The notes beneath the pieces are model-generated. The model ran no database searches. It had not been told where the DNA came from and saw nothing but the letters and a program-made list of their open reading frames with translations. The position numbers and the translations under genes were made by a program. A stretch of DNA of 64,000 nt, from contig CM069131.1 of assembly GCA_035221665.1 (NCBI GenBank), positions 158,472,001-158,536,000 on the forward strand. The letters are read 5' to 3'. Of this stretch, positions 35,730 through 48,402 are shown in pieces (the first letter of the stretch is position 1; each line of letters starts with the position of its first letter). Origin of the DNA: Okamejei kenojei. Its lineage: Eukaryota.

Positions 35730-36388
35730 AACTTAGGTTAGGTTTATTATTGTCATGTGTACTGAGGTACAGTGAATGTCTTTGTTTTGCATGCCATCCA
35801 ATCAGATCAGATAATACAATACATAAAGACAATCTAGTCCAACACAAGTACAATATGTAGAGTAAAAGGGAAGATACAGAGTACAAATATAGTTTTCAGC
35901 ATTATAGCACACTAGTTCTGTAGACAAAGTACGATGTCTGTGAATTGCAGACATTGGACGGTAGAAGTGAATTGCACAGCACTCTAGCTTATGGAAGGGC
36001 CATTTAGAAGCCTGATAACAGAGCAGAAAACTGTTCCTGAGCCTGGTGGTGCATGCCTTCAAGCTTCTGTATCTTCTGCCCAACCGGAGCAACAAAGAAG
36101 AAGGAATGACAGAGGTAGGCCATGTCTGTTATGTTGGCTGCTTTTCTGAGGCATTGTGAAGTGCAAATGGAGTCAATAGTTGGAAATCAAGTCTGTGTGT
36201 GATGTACTGGGCTACATCCACACCTCTATATAACTTCTTGTCAATTTGGTCTGAGGTGTTCCCAAACCAAGCTGTGATGCTACTTGACAGTATGCTTTAT
36301 TTGGTACATCTGTAGTTGTTTGTAAGAGTCATTGGAACCATGTTGAATATCCTCAGTCGGCAAAGAAAGCAGAGGCATTGGTATGCCT
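35730..36388 (-). mobile_element. Old Rex1/Babar LINE 3' part (continues at 38989)
   Basis: GRRYRSLKACTTRLRNSF and AATAATAAACCTAACCTAA tail. Confidence 0.8.
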
Positions 36389-38988
36389 TAGAAACATAGA
36401 TAGAAACATAGAAAATAGGTGCAGGAGGATGCCATTTGGCCCTTCAAGCCAGCACCACCATTCATTGTGATCATGGCTGATCGTCCGCTATCAATACCCT
36501 TGCCTGCCTTCTCCCCATATCCCTTGACTCCACTAGCCCCAAGAGCTCTATCCAACTCTCTCTTAAATCCATCCAGTGATTTGGCCTCCACTGCCCTCTG
36601 TGGCAGAGAATTCCATAAATTCACAACTCTCTGGGTAAAAAAGTTTTTTCTCAGCTCAGTCTTAAATGACCTCCCCTTTATTCTAAGGCTGTGGCCCCTG
36701 GTTCTGGACTCACCCAACATTGGGAACATTTTTCCTGCATCTAGCTTGTCCAGTCCTTTTATAATTGTATATGTTTCTATAAGATCCCCCCTCATCCTTC
36801 TAAACTCCAGTGTATATGCCTAGTCTTTTCAATTTTTCCTCATATGACAGTCCCGCCATCCCAGGGATCAATCTCGTGAACCTACGCTGCACTGCCTCAA
36901 TCACAAAGATGTCCTTCCTCAAATTAGGAGACCAAAACTGTACACAATACTCCAGATGTGGTCTCACCAGAGCCCTATACAACTGCAGAAGAACGTCTTT
37001 ACTCCTATACTGAAATCCTCTTGTTACGAAGGCCAACATTCCATTAGCTTTCTTCACTGCCTGCTGTACCTGCATGCCAACTTTCAGTGACTGTTACAAG
37101 GACACCCAGGCCTCGCTGTACTTCCCCCTTACCTAACCTAACCCCATTGAGATAATAATCTGCCCCCTTGTTTTTGCCGCCAAAGTGGATAACCTCACAT
37201 TTATCTATATTATACTGCATCTGCCACGCATCTACCCACTCACTCAACCAGGTCCCCCTGCAACTTCCTAACATCCTCTTCACAGTTCACACTGTCACCC
37301 AGCTTTGTGTCATCCGCAAACTTGCTAGTGTTGCTCCTAATTCCCTCTTCCAAATCATTAATATATACGGTAAACAGTTGCGGCCCCACTCGCCACTGCC
37401 TGCCATTCTGAAAAGGACCCGTTCACTCCTACTCTTTGCTTCCAGTCTGCCAACCTTTCCATCCATGTCAACACCCTACCCCCAATACCATGTGCTCTAA
37501 TTTTAGTCACCAGTCTCCCGTGCGGGACCTTATCAAAGGCTTTCTGAAAGTCTAGATACACTACATCCACTGGCACCCTTTCATCCATTTTACTTGTCAC
37601 ATCCTCAAAAAATTCCAGAAGATTAGTCAAGCATGACTTCCCTTTCATAAATCCATGTTGACTTGGACTAATCCTTTTACTGCTATCCAAATGCTGCGTT
37701 ATTACCTCTTTAATAATTGACTCCAGCATCTTTCCCACCACCGAAGTCAGGCTAACTGGTCTGTAATTCCCCGTTTTCTCTCTCGCTCCTTTCTTGAAAA
37801 GTGGGATAACATTAGCTATCTTCCAATCCACAGGAACTGATCCTGAATCTATTCAACATTGGAAAATGATCACCAATGCGTCCACTATTTCTAGAGCCAC
37901 CTCTCTGAGGACCCTGGGATGCAGACCATCAGGCCCGGGGGTTTTTCATTCTTCAGTCCCATCAGCCTACCCAATACTATTTCTCGCCTAATGCAAATTT
38001 CTTTCAGTTCCTCTACCCCCTTAGATCTTCTGTCCTCCAGTGCATCTGGGAGATTGTTTGTGTCCTCCTTATTGAAGACAGATCCGAAGTACCTATTCAA
38101 CTCTTCTGCCATTGCCTTGTTGCCCATAATTATTTCACCCGTGTCTGCTTTCAAGGGACCCACATTTGACTTTGCTACTTTTTTTCCCTTAACATATCTA
38201 AAGAAGCTTTTACTGTCCTTCTTTATATACCTGGCCAGTTTCCCCCCATACTGCATCTTTTCAGCCCGTATTGCCCGTTTTGTTTCCTTCTGTCGTCCTA
38301 TGAAAGTTTCCCAATCCTCTGGCTTCCGGCTACTCTTTGCTGTATTATACATCTTTTCTTTTAGTTCTATTCTATCCCTAACTTCTCTCATCAGCCACTC
38401 CCCTTAGAATATTTCTTCCTTTTTGGAATGAAATGATCCTGCGTCTTCCGGATTATGCCCAGAAAGTCCTGCCATTGCTGTTCCACCGTCATTCCTGCTA
38501 GGATCCCTTTCCAGTCTACTTTGGCCAGCTCCCCTCTCATGCCTTCATAGTCCCCTTTGTTCATCACTCCCGATTTAACGTTCTCCTTCTCAAATTGCAG
38601 ATTAAAACTAATCATATTATGATCACTACCTCCAAACGCTTCCTTTACCTCGAGATCTCTTATCATATCTGGTTCATTGGACAACACTAAATCCACAATT
38701 GCCTTTTCTCTGGTCGGCTCCATTACAAGCTGCTCTAAGAATCCATCTCGGAGGCATTCTACAAACTCTCTTTCTTGGGGTCCTGAACCAACCTGATTTT
38801 CCCAGTCTACCTGCATATTGAAATCCCCCATCACCACAGTAGCATTACCTTTGTTACATGCCAGTTTTAACTCCTGTTGCAACTTACACCCTACATCCGG
38901 GCTACTATTTGGGGGTCTGTAAATAACACCAATTAGTGTCTTCTTGCCTTTACAATTCCTTAACTCAATCCACAGTGACTCTACCTTC
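36389..38988 (-). mobile_element. CR1 LINE with partial APE endonuclease and RT, frameshifted
   Basis: GVIYRPPNS, MGDFN, DLVLSN, SDHNMI (EN); NYRPVSLTS, YLDFQKAFDKVPH (RT); (TTTCTATG) tail. Confidence 0.95.
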
Positions 38989-39540
38989 TTGGTTGATAGA
39001 TTGTTGGTAATATTAATAGCAAGGAACTTGAAATTCTCAACCATTTTCATTTTGGCACAATTGATGCTGTTTGGACCATGTATTCCTCCATGCTTCCAGA
39101 AGTTGATAACTAGCTCCTTCATCTTGCTAACATTGAGGAAGAGCTTGTTATCCTGACAACATGTGACTAAGTTTTCTATCTACCTCCTGTATACTGTCTC
39201 ATCATTGTTCGTGATTCAGCCCACCTCAGTGGTGTGATTGGCAAACTTGCAGATGGAGTCAGAATGGAATTTGGTTGCACAGCCATGAGTGTATGGGGAG
39301 GATAGTGTAGGACAGAGAATACATCCTTGTGGGGAATTAATCTTGAGAATTATTGTGGGGGAGGTGTTGTCACCGATTATGGTCTATGGTCAGAAAGTCA
39401 AGGATCCAGTGGCAGAGAGGGGAGTTGATTCCGAGGTCCAGGGGTGTGGAGATATCCATGGATGAGACTATTGTGTTGAAGGCAGAGCTGTAGTTGAAAA
39501 GTAGCAGATGAACATAGGAGTCCATGTTGCGGGCTAAAAA
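38989..39540 (-). mobile_element. Old Rex1/Babar RT fragment
   Basis: KELVINFWK..VENFKFL.INITNNL and decayed PQG / KFA motifs. Confidence 0.75.
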
Positions 39541-40339
39541 GCGGGCATAGAATGCATAGAGCTCATCGGGGAGGGACCCATTGTTGCCACTGATACTGCC
39601 ACCTTCGCTTTGTAGCCTGTTACTGCATACAGTTCTTGCTTCAATCTATTGGTGTCCAAGTCATTGCCTTGGGTCTCCAGCTTGGTTGGGAATTCCTTAT
39701 TGGTATCTTTAATGACTGCATGGGTCATAGATATATTTATTGCTCAAAGCAGTCAAGAATGATCTCATCTATTTCCTAAGGCTTTCTGTACCAGATCCAA
39801 CTTCTCAGCTAAGTTTATCCTCATTCAAATCCACATACAAAGTAAAAAATACATCAATCGCCATCAACTGAAAGCTAATTTCATACTTCATGGGTCAACA
39901 TTTATGTCTTTATGTACTAAAGGTTTTTGTGGGATGTGATCTCATAACATTGGCAAGGATCCTGGAACAGTGAATGTTATTAATGACTCAACTATCAATA
40001 ATTCAATTGTAACCTTGACCACTTGTCATCTTTTAATTTTCATTGAGACAAATTTATTTTCATGCTCACTCTCACCATGATCATTGGCCTGATGAACCAC
40101 TCATCTCCACTCCCTTCCAAGGCCAGGTGAATAATCAGTTATAATCAGTCTCTGGATGGGTTCCGACCCGAAATATCACCTATTCCTTTTCTCCAGAGAT
40201 GCTGCCTGACCCGCTGAGTTACTCCAGCATTTTGTGACTATCCATTATAGACCAGCATATGCAATTCCCTCCTACAAGTGAATAAACTATTTATTGCCAG
40301 ATCTGGCAGGACCAACTAACCTAATATTCACAGAGTAAC

Positions 40340-42090
40340 TGAAGAGGCAATGATGAAGATTACTGGACCCTTGAAAGAGATTATTATATCCTCTTCAGCC
40401 ACAGGTGAGGTCCCAGATGACTGGAGCATTATCAGTGTTGTTTATTTGTTTAAGAAGATAAATTGAGGTAATCCAAGAAATTCTAGGGAGATGAACCGTA
40501 CGTCAGTAATAGGGACACTGTTGGAAGAGATTCTTAGAAACATGATTTACGAGCATTTGACAAAGCATAATTACTAGGGAGAATCAGCATGGGGGAGTCT
40601 GGTTTCACAAATTTGATTGTTTTTTTTGACAAAGTGATGAAAATGATTGATGAGATAGGGCCCTGGATGTTGCCATCATGGGCTTTAATAAACAATTTGA
40701 CAAGGTCCCTTGTGGAAGACTGGTGCAGAAGATTAAGTTACATGGAACCTATGGTAAATTGGATACAATGTCAGTTTGGTCATAGAGGACAGACAGCAGT
40801 GGTTGCTGGGTATTTCTCTGACTGAAGGTCTGTGACCAATGGTGTTTTGCATGGATTAGTACTGGGACCTCTGTGGTTTAATGTATATGTATAAATAATT
40901 TGGATGAAAATATAGGTGGTCTAATTGATAAATTTGCAGATGACATGAAAATTGTCAATTGCAGCAGTGGATAGTGAGGAAGATTGTCCAAGGATATAGC
41001 AAGGTATAGATCAGTTGGAAATTGGAGGAGGAGAATGGAACATGTGGCCAGGGGCGGTGGTGTTTAAGAGGCTTTTAGATGGGCACTTGGATATGTAGGA
41101 GGTGGAGGGATATGGATCACAACAGGCAGAGGCGATTAGTTTTAAATTGGCATTACGTTTTGCACAGGCAGAGTTTAAACTGGACAAATGTGAGATGATG
41201 CATTCCTGCAGTAAATGGCAGGAACCTTAGGTGCATTTATATACAGAAGTATCTATGATGCAAGTCCACAGGTCCCTGAAAGTGGCAACACAAGTGAAAA
41301 CACAAGTGTTAGGTATTAAAGTTGGCAAGGCTAGTTGCAGTTGTGTAAACATTTGGTTATGTTACATTTGGAGTACTGTGTGCAATTCTGGTCACTACCT
41401 GATATGACAATAGACAATAGACAATAGACAATAGGCAATAGGTGCAGGAGTAGGCTATTTGGCCCTTCGAGCCAGCACCGCCATTCAATGTGATCATGGC
41501 TAATCATCCCCAATCAGTACCCCGTTCCTACCTTCTCCCCATATCCCCTGACTCTGCTATCTTTAAGAGCCCTATCCAGCTGTCTCTTGAAAGCATCCAG
41601 AGAACCTGCCTCCACCACCCTCTGAGGCAGAGAATTCCACAGCCTCACCACTCTCTGTGAGAAAAAAAGTGTTTCCTAGTCTCCCTTCTAAATGGCCTAC
41701 TCCTTATTCTCAAATTGTGGCCCATAGTTCTGGTCTCCCCCAACATCGGGAACATGTTTCCTGCCTCTAGTGCGTCCAAGCCCTTAACAATCTTATATGT
41801 TTCAATGAGATACCCTCTCATCCTTCTAAACTCCAGAGTGTACAAGCCCAGCTGCTTCATTCTCTCAGCATATGACAGTCCCGCCTTCCCGGGAATTAAC
41901 CTTGTAAACCTACGCTGCACTCCCTCAATAGCAAGAATGTCCTTCCTCAAATGAAAGCTTTGGTGGGTTTAGAAACGGTGCACAATTGTTTTATCAGTAA
42001 GTTGCCTGGATTGCATTGTTGATCAAACTTGGACTGTTTTTTCTGGAATATCAAGTACTGAGGTGTGACCTGAGATGTTTATAAAACCAT
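40340..42090 (+). mobile_element. Old CR1 RT remnant, rearranged, hosting a younger minus-strand CR1
   Basis: TGEVPDDW, TNLIVFFDKV, KFADD and HLEYCVQFWS remnants. Confidence 0.75.
41405..41950 (-). mobile_element. CR1 3' fragment with (TTGTCTA)n tail
   Basis: RKDILAIEGVQRRFTRLIPG..; GACAATA repeats at 41406-41440. Confidence 0.9.
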
Positions 42091-42119
42091 AATTTTTTTT
42101 TGTAATACAGCTTCTCTTC

Positions 42120-42925
42120 TTAGTTTTAGATTAAGGTTTAGTATTTTCATGTGTCCCAAGGTACAGTGAAAAGCTTTGTTTTGCATGCTATCCTAACAGA
42201 TCAGATACACTGTACATAAATACAATCAAGTCAAACATAAGTACAATAGATGGAGCAAAGGCAAACACACAGAATGCAGAATACAGCGCTTATCATTGTA
42301 GAGCATCAGTTCTACAGGCAAAGTCCGAGGTCCCCACTGGAGTAATGGTGAATCGGACAGCAGCCTAGCTTATAAAAGAACCATTCATAAACCTGATAGA
42401 AGAAGGGAAATAAGTTGTCCCTGAGTCTTTTCTGATAAGAGGCTCACTTTCAGGCTTCTGTGCTTTCTGTCAGATGGGTGCAGGGATGAGAAGGAATAAC
42501 CAGGGTTGGATACGTTTTTGATTATGTTGGTAGAATTTCTGAGGCAACGTGAACAATAGATGAAGTCATTGGTGAGAAGTCTGGTCTGTGTGATGAACTG
42601 GGATACATATACAACTATCCATAATTTTGTGTGGACTTGAGCAGAGGTGTTCCCAAGTCAAGCTGTGATGCAATCTGACAGTATGCTTTCAATGGTGCAT
42701 CTGTAGAAGTTAGTAACATTCATTAAAGACATGCCAAGTTTCCAGAGTCTCCTCAGGAAGTAGAGATGTTGGTGCACCTCTTGGCTGTCACATCAATGTG
42801 GTTGGTCTACGACAGATCGTTGGTAATATTAATGCCAAAGAACTTGAAGCTCTCAGCCATTTCCGCTCCAGCACCATTGTTGCTGATGGGGCATGTACTC
42901 CATACTTCCTGAAGTCGATAGCTAG
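42120..42925 (-). mobile_element. Old Rex1/Babar LINE 3' part
   Basis: Collinear with 35730-36388 and 19705-20360. Confidence 0.75.
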
Positions 42926-44259
42926 TATCATTTTACGCATATTGTACTCTATTTAAACCCATCATGATCTTGCACAATATTAAACCTCCTCTCAGCCTTC
43001 TTTGCAGCAAGATGGTATGGACCTCTGGTGTGATTTCATGAAGAGGAGAGAGCATTGAGTTTACATTGCAAGGCCTAGACGTTGCAGCAAGTTATTTATC
43101 CTTTTATCTTTGAAATGACGGTATGGAGTCAGCCCAGAATCATTAGCTGCCATTTGATTGAAATAAATTTGAGTAATCTCAATTCAGTTCCACATGGGCT
43201 TGGACTCAAACCAGAACTACATTGGTATCTTGGCAACTTGAGGATACAGAAGGATGGCAGACATAGGAGGAGGAAATGCAAAAGGAGACTGAAATTAAAA
43301 AGTGCACATTGATGGCTGAGAAAATAGTTGTTTTGCTCTACACCGACACTGTTATGACCGATTTGACACTGCTTACCTGAAAAGGGACATTTCTGAAATG
43401 GAGCTCATCGTACAATTGAACAGTGAAGATTAGGACTAACCAAGACAAGGCTGAGGATTTTCACAGCAACCATGCATTCCTTATGACATTGAGCAAGTCT
43501 ATTTAGCTCATCACATTCATGCAGGCTCTCAGATCAATTCCATTCTCCCACTGACATATTCCCTTACACATTGATTTGCCTACCATCCCCCTGCGAGAGG
43601 GGTAACATATAGTAGCCAATTAACCTTTCAATCAGAAGTACATGCAAACTCCAACAGGTCAAGATCATATGTAGGTCACAGGAATTGTGAGGCAACCGCT
43701 GTGTCACCCAACCCTGCCACATCTTCCAGAGTAAGGTGCAGAGTGGACTATTTAGTGGGAAGGGGGGATTGAAGGAACAGGAGGTGGATCTCATGGCATG
43801 AGGAGCTCAGAAAGGGCATGAATGTGATAGGAGTGTAATTAGAAAAAAAGATGCAAGTTCATACTGTGTGGGGGAAAGCAATGGGGAAGTTTAACCCACT
43901 GGGCTGAAATAAGGAGGAAGGGGTCAGTGGCTGCAGAAGGAAGCTTAAATGAATGCAGCAAGTCCACAAACGTTATGCACTTGCGTTGTGAGTTCAATGA
44001 GAAACAATGTAGATTGATTAGAGGAACATCGTTGTCAGGTGAGAAGGGATGCCAGGGGATCGTATGTGAATGCAAAGATAATCATGGAATATTCAGCAGT
44101 GTTACCATAAACTTGAGATATGAAATGATTTCATCATTATTTTCAAGATATTAGGGGGAACTAGCAATGTATTTTGACCATTTGGAGTCATTGAGGACTA
44201 GAGAGCAAAATCAAAAGTTAAGAGCCAAGCTAATTAAGAGTGAAATAGAAATAAAAAAT

Positions 44260-44540
44260 ACAATACACATCTGTCAGGTCAAGCAAAATCAGTGGGGGAT
44301 GATAAACAGAATTAATGTGGAGGTCTGAATTGGGAAGTTCTAATGAAAATTGGAAATGTGGTGAACTAAAAATGAGTAAATTGAATGTAAAATCCAATTG
44401 ATGAAAAATATGAGATGCTGTTCCTTGAAATTACATTATAATTCATTGGAACAGTGTATGAGGTCAGAAAAAGAGGTCCTGGATGGGGGATTAAAGTTCA
44501 TTGGGAGTGAAGTTGGAAAATGTTAAATGTGTGGACAATT
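44260..44540 (-). mobile_element. Penelope-like GIY-YIG C-terminal remnant
   Basis: Minus strand AAGGAACAGCATCTCATATTT (KEQHLIF) followed by a degenerate terminal repeat. Confidence 0.45.
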
Positions 44541-44619
44541 TATAACATACTTCCCTGTCAATGCAATAATTGCAATAATTAGTGTTATTTATCACATTGT
44601 AGCTTTTGAAAGATTCAAG

Positions 44620-44897
44620 CGGGTATCAGACACTTTCTAAGGGCTGAATTGGCCCGTTCGTGGGGCCTGTCATCACCCGGTGCAGCCTCAAAGGCCCCCG
44701 AACACGGGTGAATAAAGAGGAAGATGACTGAACTTTATTGCCTTCCATCACAGTGGGAAACGTTGATTCCGCTGTGGTGGATGTTAATGTTAAACTCTAT
44801 CGTTTATTGTGTTCTTTTTATTTGTATGGCTGTATGGTAACTCAAATATCAGTGTACCAATTGGTGCATGTGACAATAAATGTGAACTTGAACTTGA
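44620..44897 (+). mobile_element. 3' part of the GC-rich non-autonomous family (cf. 241-1053, 60856-61333)
   Basis: Hairpin CCATCACAGTGG..CCGCTGTGGTGG (44745-44780); tail AATAAATGTGAACTTGAACTTGA. Confidence 0.7.
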
Positions 44898-45101
44898 CCT
44901 GCGCGGGTTTTCTCCGCGATCTCCGATTTCCTCCCACACTCTAAAGACATACAGGTTTGTAGGTTAATTGGCTTGACATGGTGTAAATTGTCCCTAGTTT
45001 GTGTTGGTAACACAGTGTTACCTTGTCGGTGCAGATCAGTGGGCCGAGGGGCCTGCTTCCGCACTGTATTTCTAAACTAAACTAAACTAAAACTAAACTA
45101 A
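44898..45101 (+). mobile_element. 5'-truncated V-SINE
   Basis: GGGTTTTCTCCGCGATCTCCGATTTCCTCCCACA V-domain; (CTAAA)n tail. Confidence 0.8.
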
Positions 45102-45416
45102 AGATGAACGCATGAGTAGATAAGGTGGTGAAGAATGTATACAGGATTCTCTGCCTCATTATTAGCTAGGGCATAAAAATTAAAAGCTGAGAACATATTT
45201 TACATGAACACAGTGGGCCAAAAGGTGCATGTAATAGAAACTTAACTTTAAACTTTCAGCCCTTTAGAATCAAAATATTCTGATTATCACCTTCTCCTGT
45301 TTATATCACATCTAAACCTCCCGTTTTGCACATTTACTTACCCCAATGATTCCCCTTTTATTTGTATCACTATCCATTAATTATCCTCTGCTGTCTTCTT
45401 TCTTGCTGCAGACCTT

Positions 45417-46173
45417 TCATAGAAACATAGAAACATAAAAAAAATAGCTGCAGGAGTAGGCCGGCCATTTGGCCCTTCGAGCCAGCACCATTCAATATGA
45501 TCATGGCTGATCATCTCAAATCAGTACCCCGTTCCTGCTTTTTCCCCATATCCCTTGATTCCTTTAGCCCTAAGAGCTAAATCAAATTCTCAATGGAAAC
45601 AACCAGTGAATTGGCCACTGTCTTCTGTGGCAGCAAATTCCACAGATTCGCTACTCACTGGATGAAAGAAAAGTTCCTCATCTAGGTCCTAAATGGCCTA
45701 CCCTTTATCCTTAAACAGTGACACCTGGTTCTGGACTCCCCCAACATCGGGAATATTTTTCCTACATCTAGCCTGTCCAATCCCTTAAGAAATGTTTATG
45801 TTTCTATGATCCCCTCTCATCCTTCGGAATTCTAGTGAATACAAGCCCAGTTGACCCATTCTTTCATCATGTCCATCCCGCCATCCCGGGAATTAACCTG
45901 GTGAACCTATCTCAAATTGGGAGACAAAAATTGCACACAATACTCCAGGTGCAGTCTCACCAGTGCCCTGTAGAACTGCAGTAGGACCTCCTTATTTCTA
46001 AACTCAAATCCTCTCGCAATTAAGGCCAACATGCCATTGGCTTTCTTCACTGGCTGCTGTACCTGTATGCTTACTTTCAGTGACTGATGTATAAGCACAC
46101 CCAGGTCTCGTTGCACCTCCCCTTTTTCTAATCTGACACCATTCAGATAATAATCTGCCTTCCTGTTCTTGCC
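45417..46173 (-). mobile_element. CR1 LINE 3' part (continues at 48403)
   Basis: QRDLGVL..ANGMLA..LVRLHLEYCVQF; (TTTCTATG)n tail. Confidence 0.9.
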
Positions 46174-48402
46174 TCTGCACCAGGCCCTAATGGTGTTCCG
46201 TATTGTGTCTACAAGAATGCCCCAGATATTCTGAAATTCCTCTGAAGGAACATGAGGGTTGCGTGGGAAAAGGAAGTCATCCCCAAAGCCTGGCGAAGAG
46301 CTGATCCCAAAAGAAAAAAAAATCTTCCACCATCGAACAGTTTCAGCAAATTAAACTTCTTAAACATAGAGGGCAAGATCTTTTTCAGTGTGGTGGCAAA
46401 AAGACTTACAAAGTATCTGAAAAAACCATTTCATTGATACGTCAATCCAAAAGGCTGGCATAGCATGCTTCTCGGGATGCCTTGAACATACCAGCATCAT
46501 ATGGCATCAAATCCAGACTGCTAAGAAATAACAAAATAATCTGCATGTCTTGTTCCTCGATCTGGCCAACGCCTATGGATCAGTTCCTCATTCGCTACTG
46601 TGGACTGCTTTTGAATTCTTTCAGGTGCCTGCAATAATATCAAATCTGGTAAAAACCTACTTCCAGGATCTGCAATTTTGTCTCACAACATCAGACTTTA
46701 CCACAGTGTTCCAACCACTGGAAGTAGGCATTATGGTGGGGTGCACCATCTCCCCATTGACCTTCACTAGGGCAATGGAGCTCATTAGCAGAGCATCAAA
46801 ATGGGTTGTGGGAGGAAAACGGCTACAGTGTGGTCAGTGATTGCCACCGGTACGAGCCTATATGGACGATATAACAACACTAACAACTATACCCTGCACC
46901 AAGAGACTTCTGGAAAAACTTCATCAAAACATCACATGGGCAAGGATGAAGATTAAACCCAACAAGTGCAGAAGCATCTCCATTGTCAAAGGTCAAATCA
47001 AGGATCAAAGATTTCATATTGACGGAATACCTGTTCCAACTGTTTCAGAAATGCCAGTGAAGAGTTTGGGCCGATGGTATGATGCAAAGCTCAAGGACAC
47101 CAAACAGTTTGAACAACTGAAAAAGGATACCATCATGCACATAGCTCGCATCAACAAGACCTTGCTACCAGGAAAACTCAAGCTGTTGTGCTTCCAATTT
47201 GGCATACTACCAAGAATCATGTGGCCTTTAACTATGTATGAAATCCCCATCAACAAAGTGGAAAAGCTGGAAAGAATGATCAGCACACATGAGAAACAGT
47301 GGCTTGGACTTCCACGATGCTTAAGTGCTGTCGGACTGTACGGGAGTGGCAAATTGGACCCTCACTGAATCTGAAGATACTGTTATTCGAACAGCGGCCC
47401 CCCGTGTGGCAACGGGGAGGAAGTGGGCCCCATCTGAAGCCGTTCAGAGTGCTAGGTCTGCTCTTCATTTCCGGGATGCGGTTGGCCAAGTCCAACACGG
47501 GAGAGCCGGACTCGGGCTCATCCCAAAAGCTCCTCAATGGCACAAGGCAACATCAGTGCAGAAGACACAGCTCGTGGTGGAGGAGGTGAGAAGACGGGAG
47601 GAGGCAGAACGACATGCCAAGGCTGTCTCAATGGTCAAGCAGGGCCAATGGACTAACTAGGAGAGCCTGGAAAAGAGGAAACTCAGCTGGCGTGACATCT
47701 GGCAAATAGAAGGATCTCGGCTAAGTTTTGTCATCAGAACCACTTATGATGTTCTACCATCACCCCAGAACCTGAAGCAGTGGTTCGGAGAAGACCCTGC
47801 TTGCTCCCTTTGCCAAGCACCTGGATCACTAAGGCACATTTTAACAGGATGCACTATGAGCCTCGGCCAAGGGCGTTACACTTGGCGGCATAACCAAGTT
47901 CTCAGACAGCTGGCATCAATCACAAATGCTTCCCCACCAACATCGGTAGGAAATGTCCACCACAACATTTTTACCAGCAGGACAACCTCCAGTGCACCAG
48001 ATATGCAAGCATTCTGTAACCTGCTCGGGATTGGAAAATGGAAGTGGACTTAGAAAAAAGGCTTGTGTTTCCCCAGACATTGTGGCTACAACACTCCGGC
48101 CAGACATGGTCCTGTGGTCCACAACAGCCAACTTAGCATACGTTGTGGAATTGACAATTCCATGGGAAGATGGTGTTGAAGAAGCATATGAGAGGAAAAA
48201 GACCAAGTACTCTGAACTGGCAACGTTGAGTCCTCTGGAGATGTTGTGGGCTTATCAATGAAACGTCAAAGAAGGAGGGTGCCCACCTGATGACCCCGAA
48301 GACGTACCTACCCTACCTTTCACCACTCCAATCCCACTGCAAATAGCAAGAGTGCCGACTTATTACAGGGATTGAAACATCAAGTCCTATTAGCTCTACT
48401 AA
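46174..48402 (+). mobile_element. HERO-clade (restriction-like endonuclease) non-LTR retrotransposon, 5'-truncated, decayed
   Basis: FLDLANAYGSVPH, GCTISPL, AYMDD (RT); CxxC..H..C zinc knuckle; GRYTWRHNQVL; RPDMVLWS..VELTIPWE..AYERKKTKY (RLE); candidate TSD TTGCC at 46169-46173 and 48403-48407. Confidence 0.85.

Noticed and set aside
38391-39122. 243-aa ORF fusing Rex and CR1 endonuclease sequence
   Set aside because: Chance in-frame junction of a CR1 inserted in an older Rex copy
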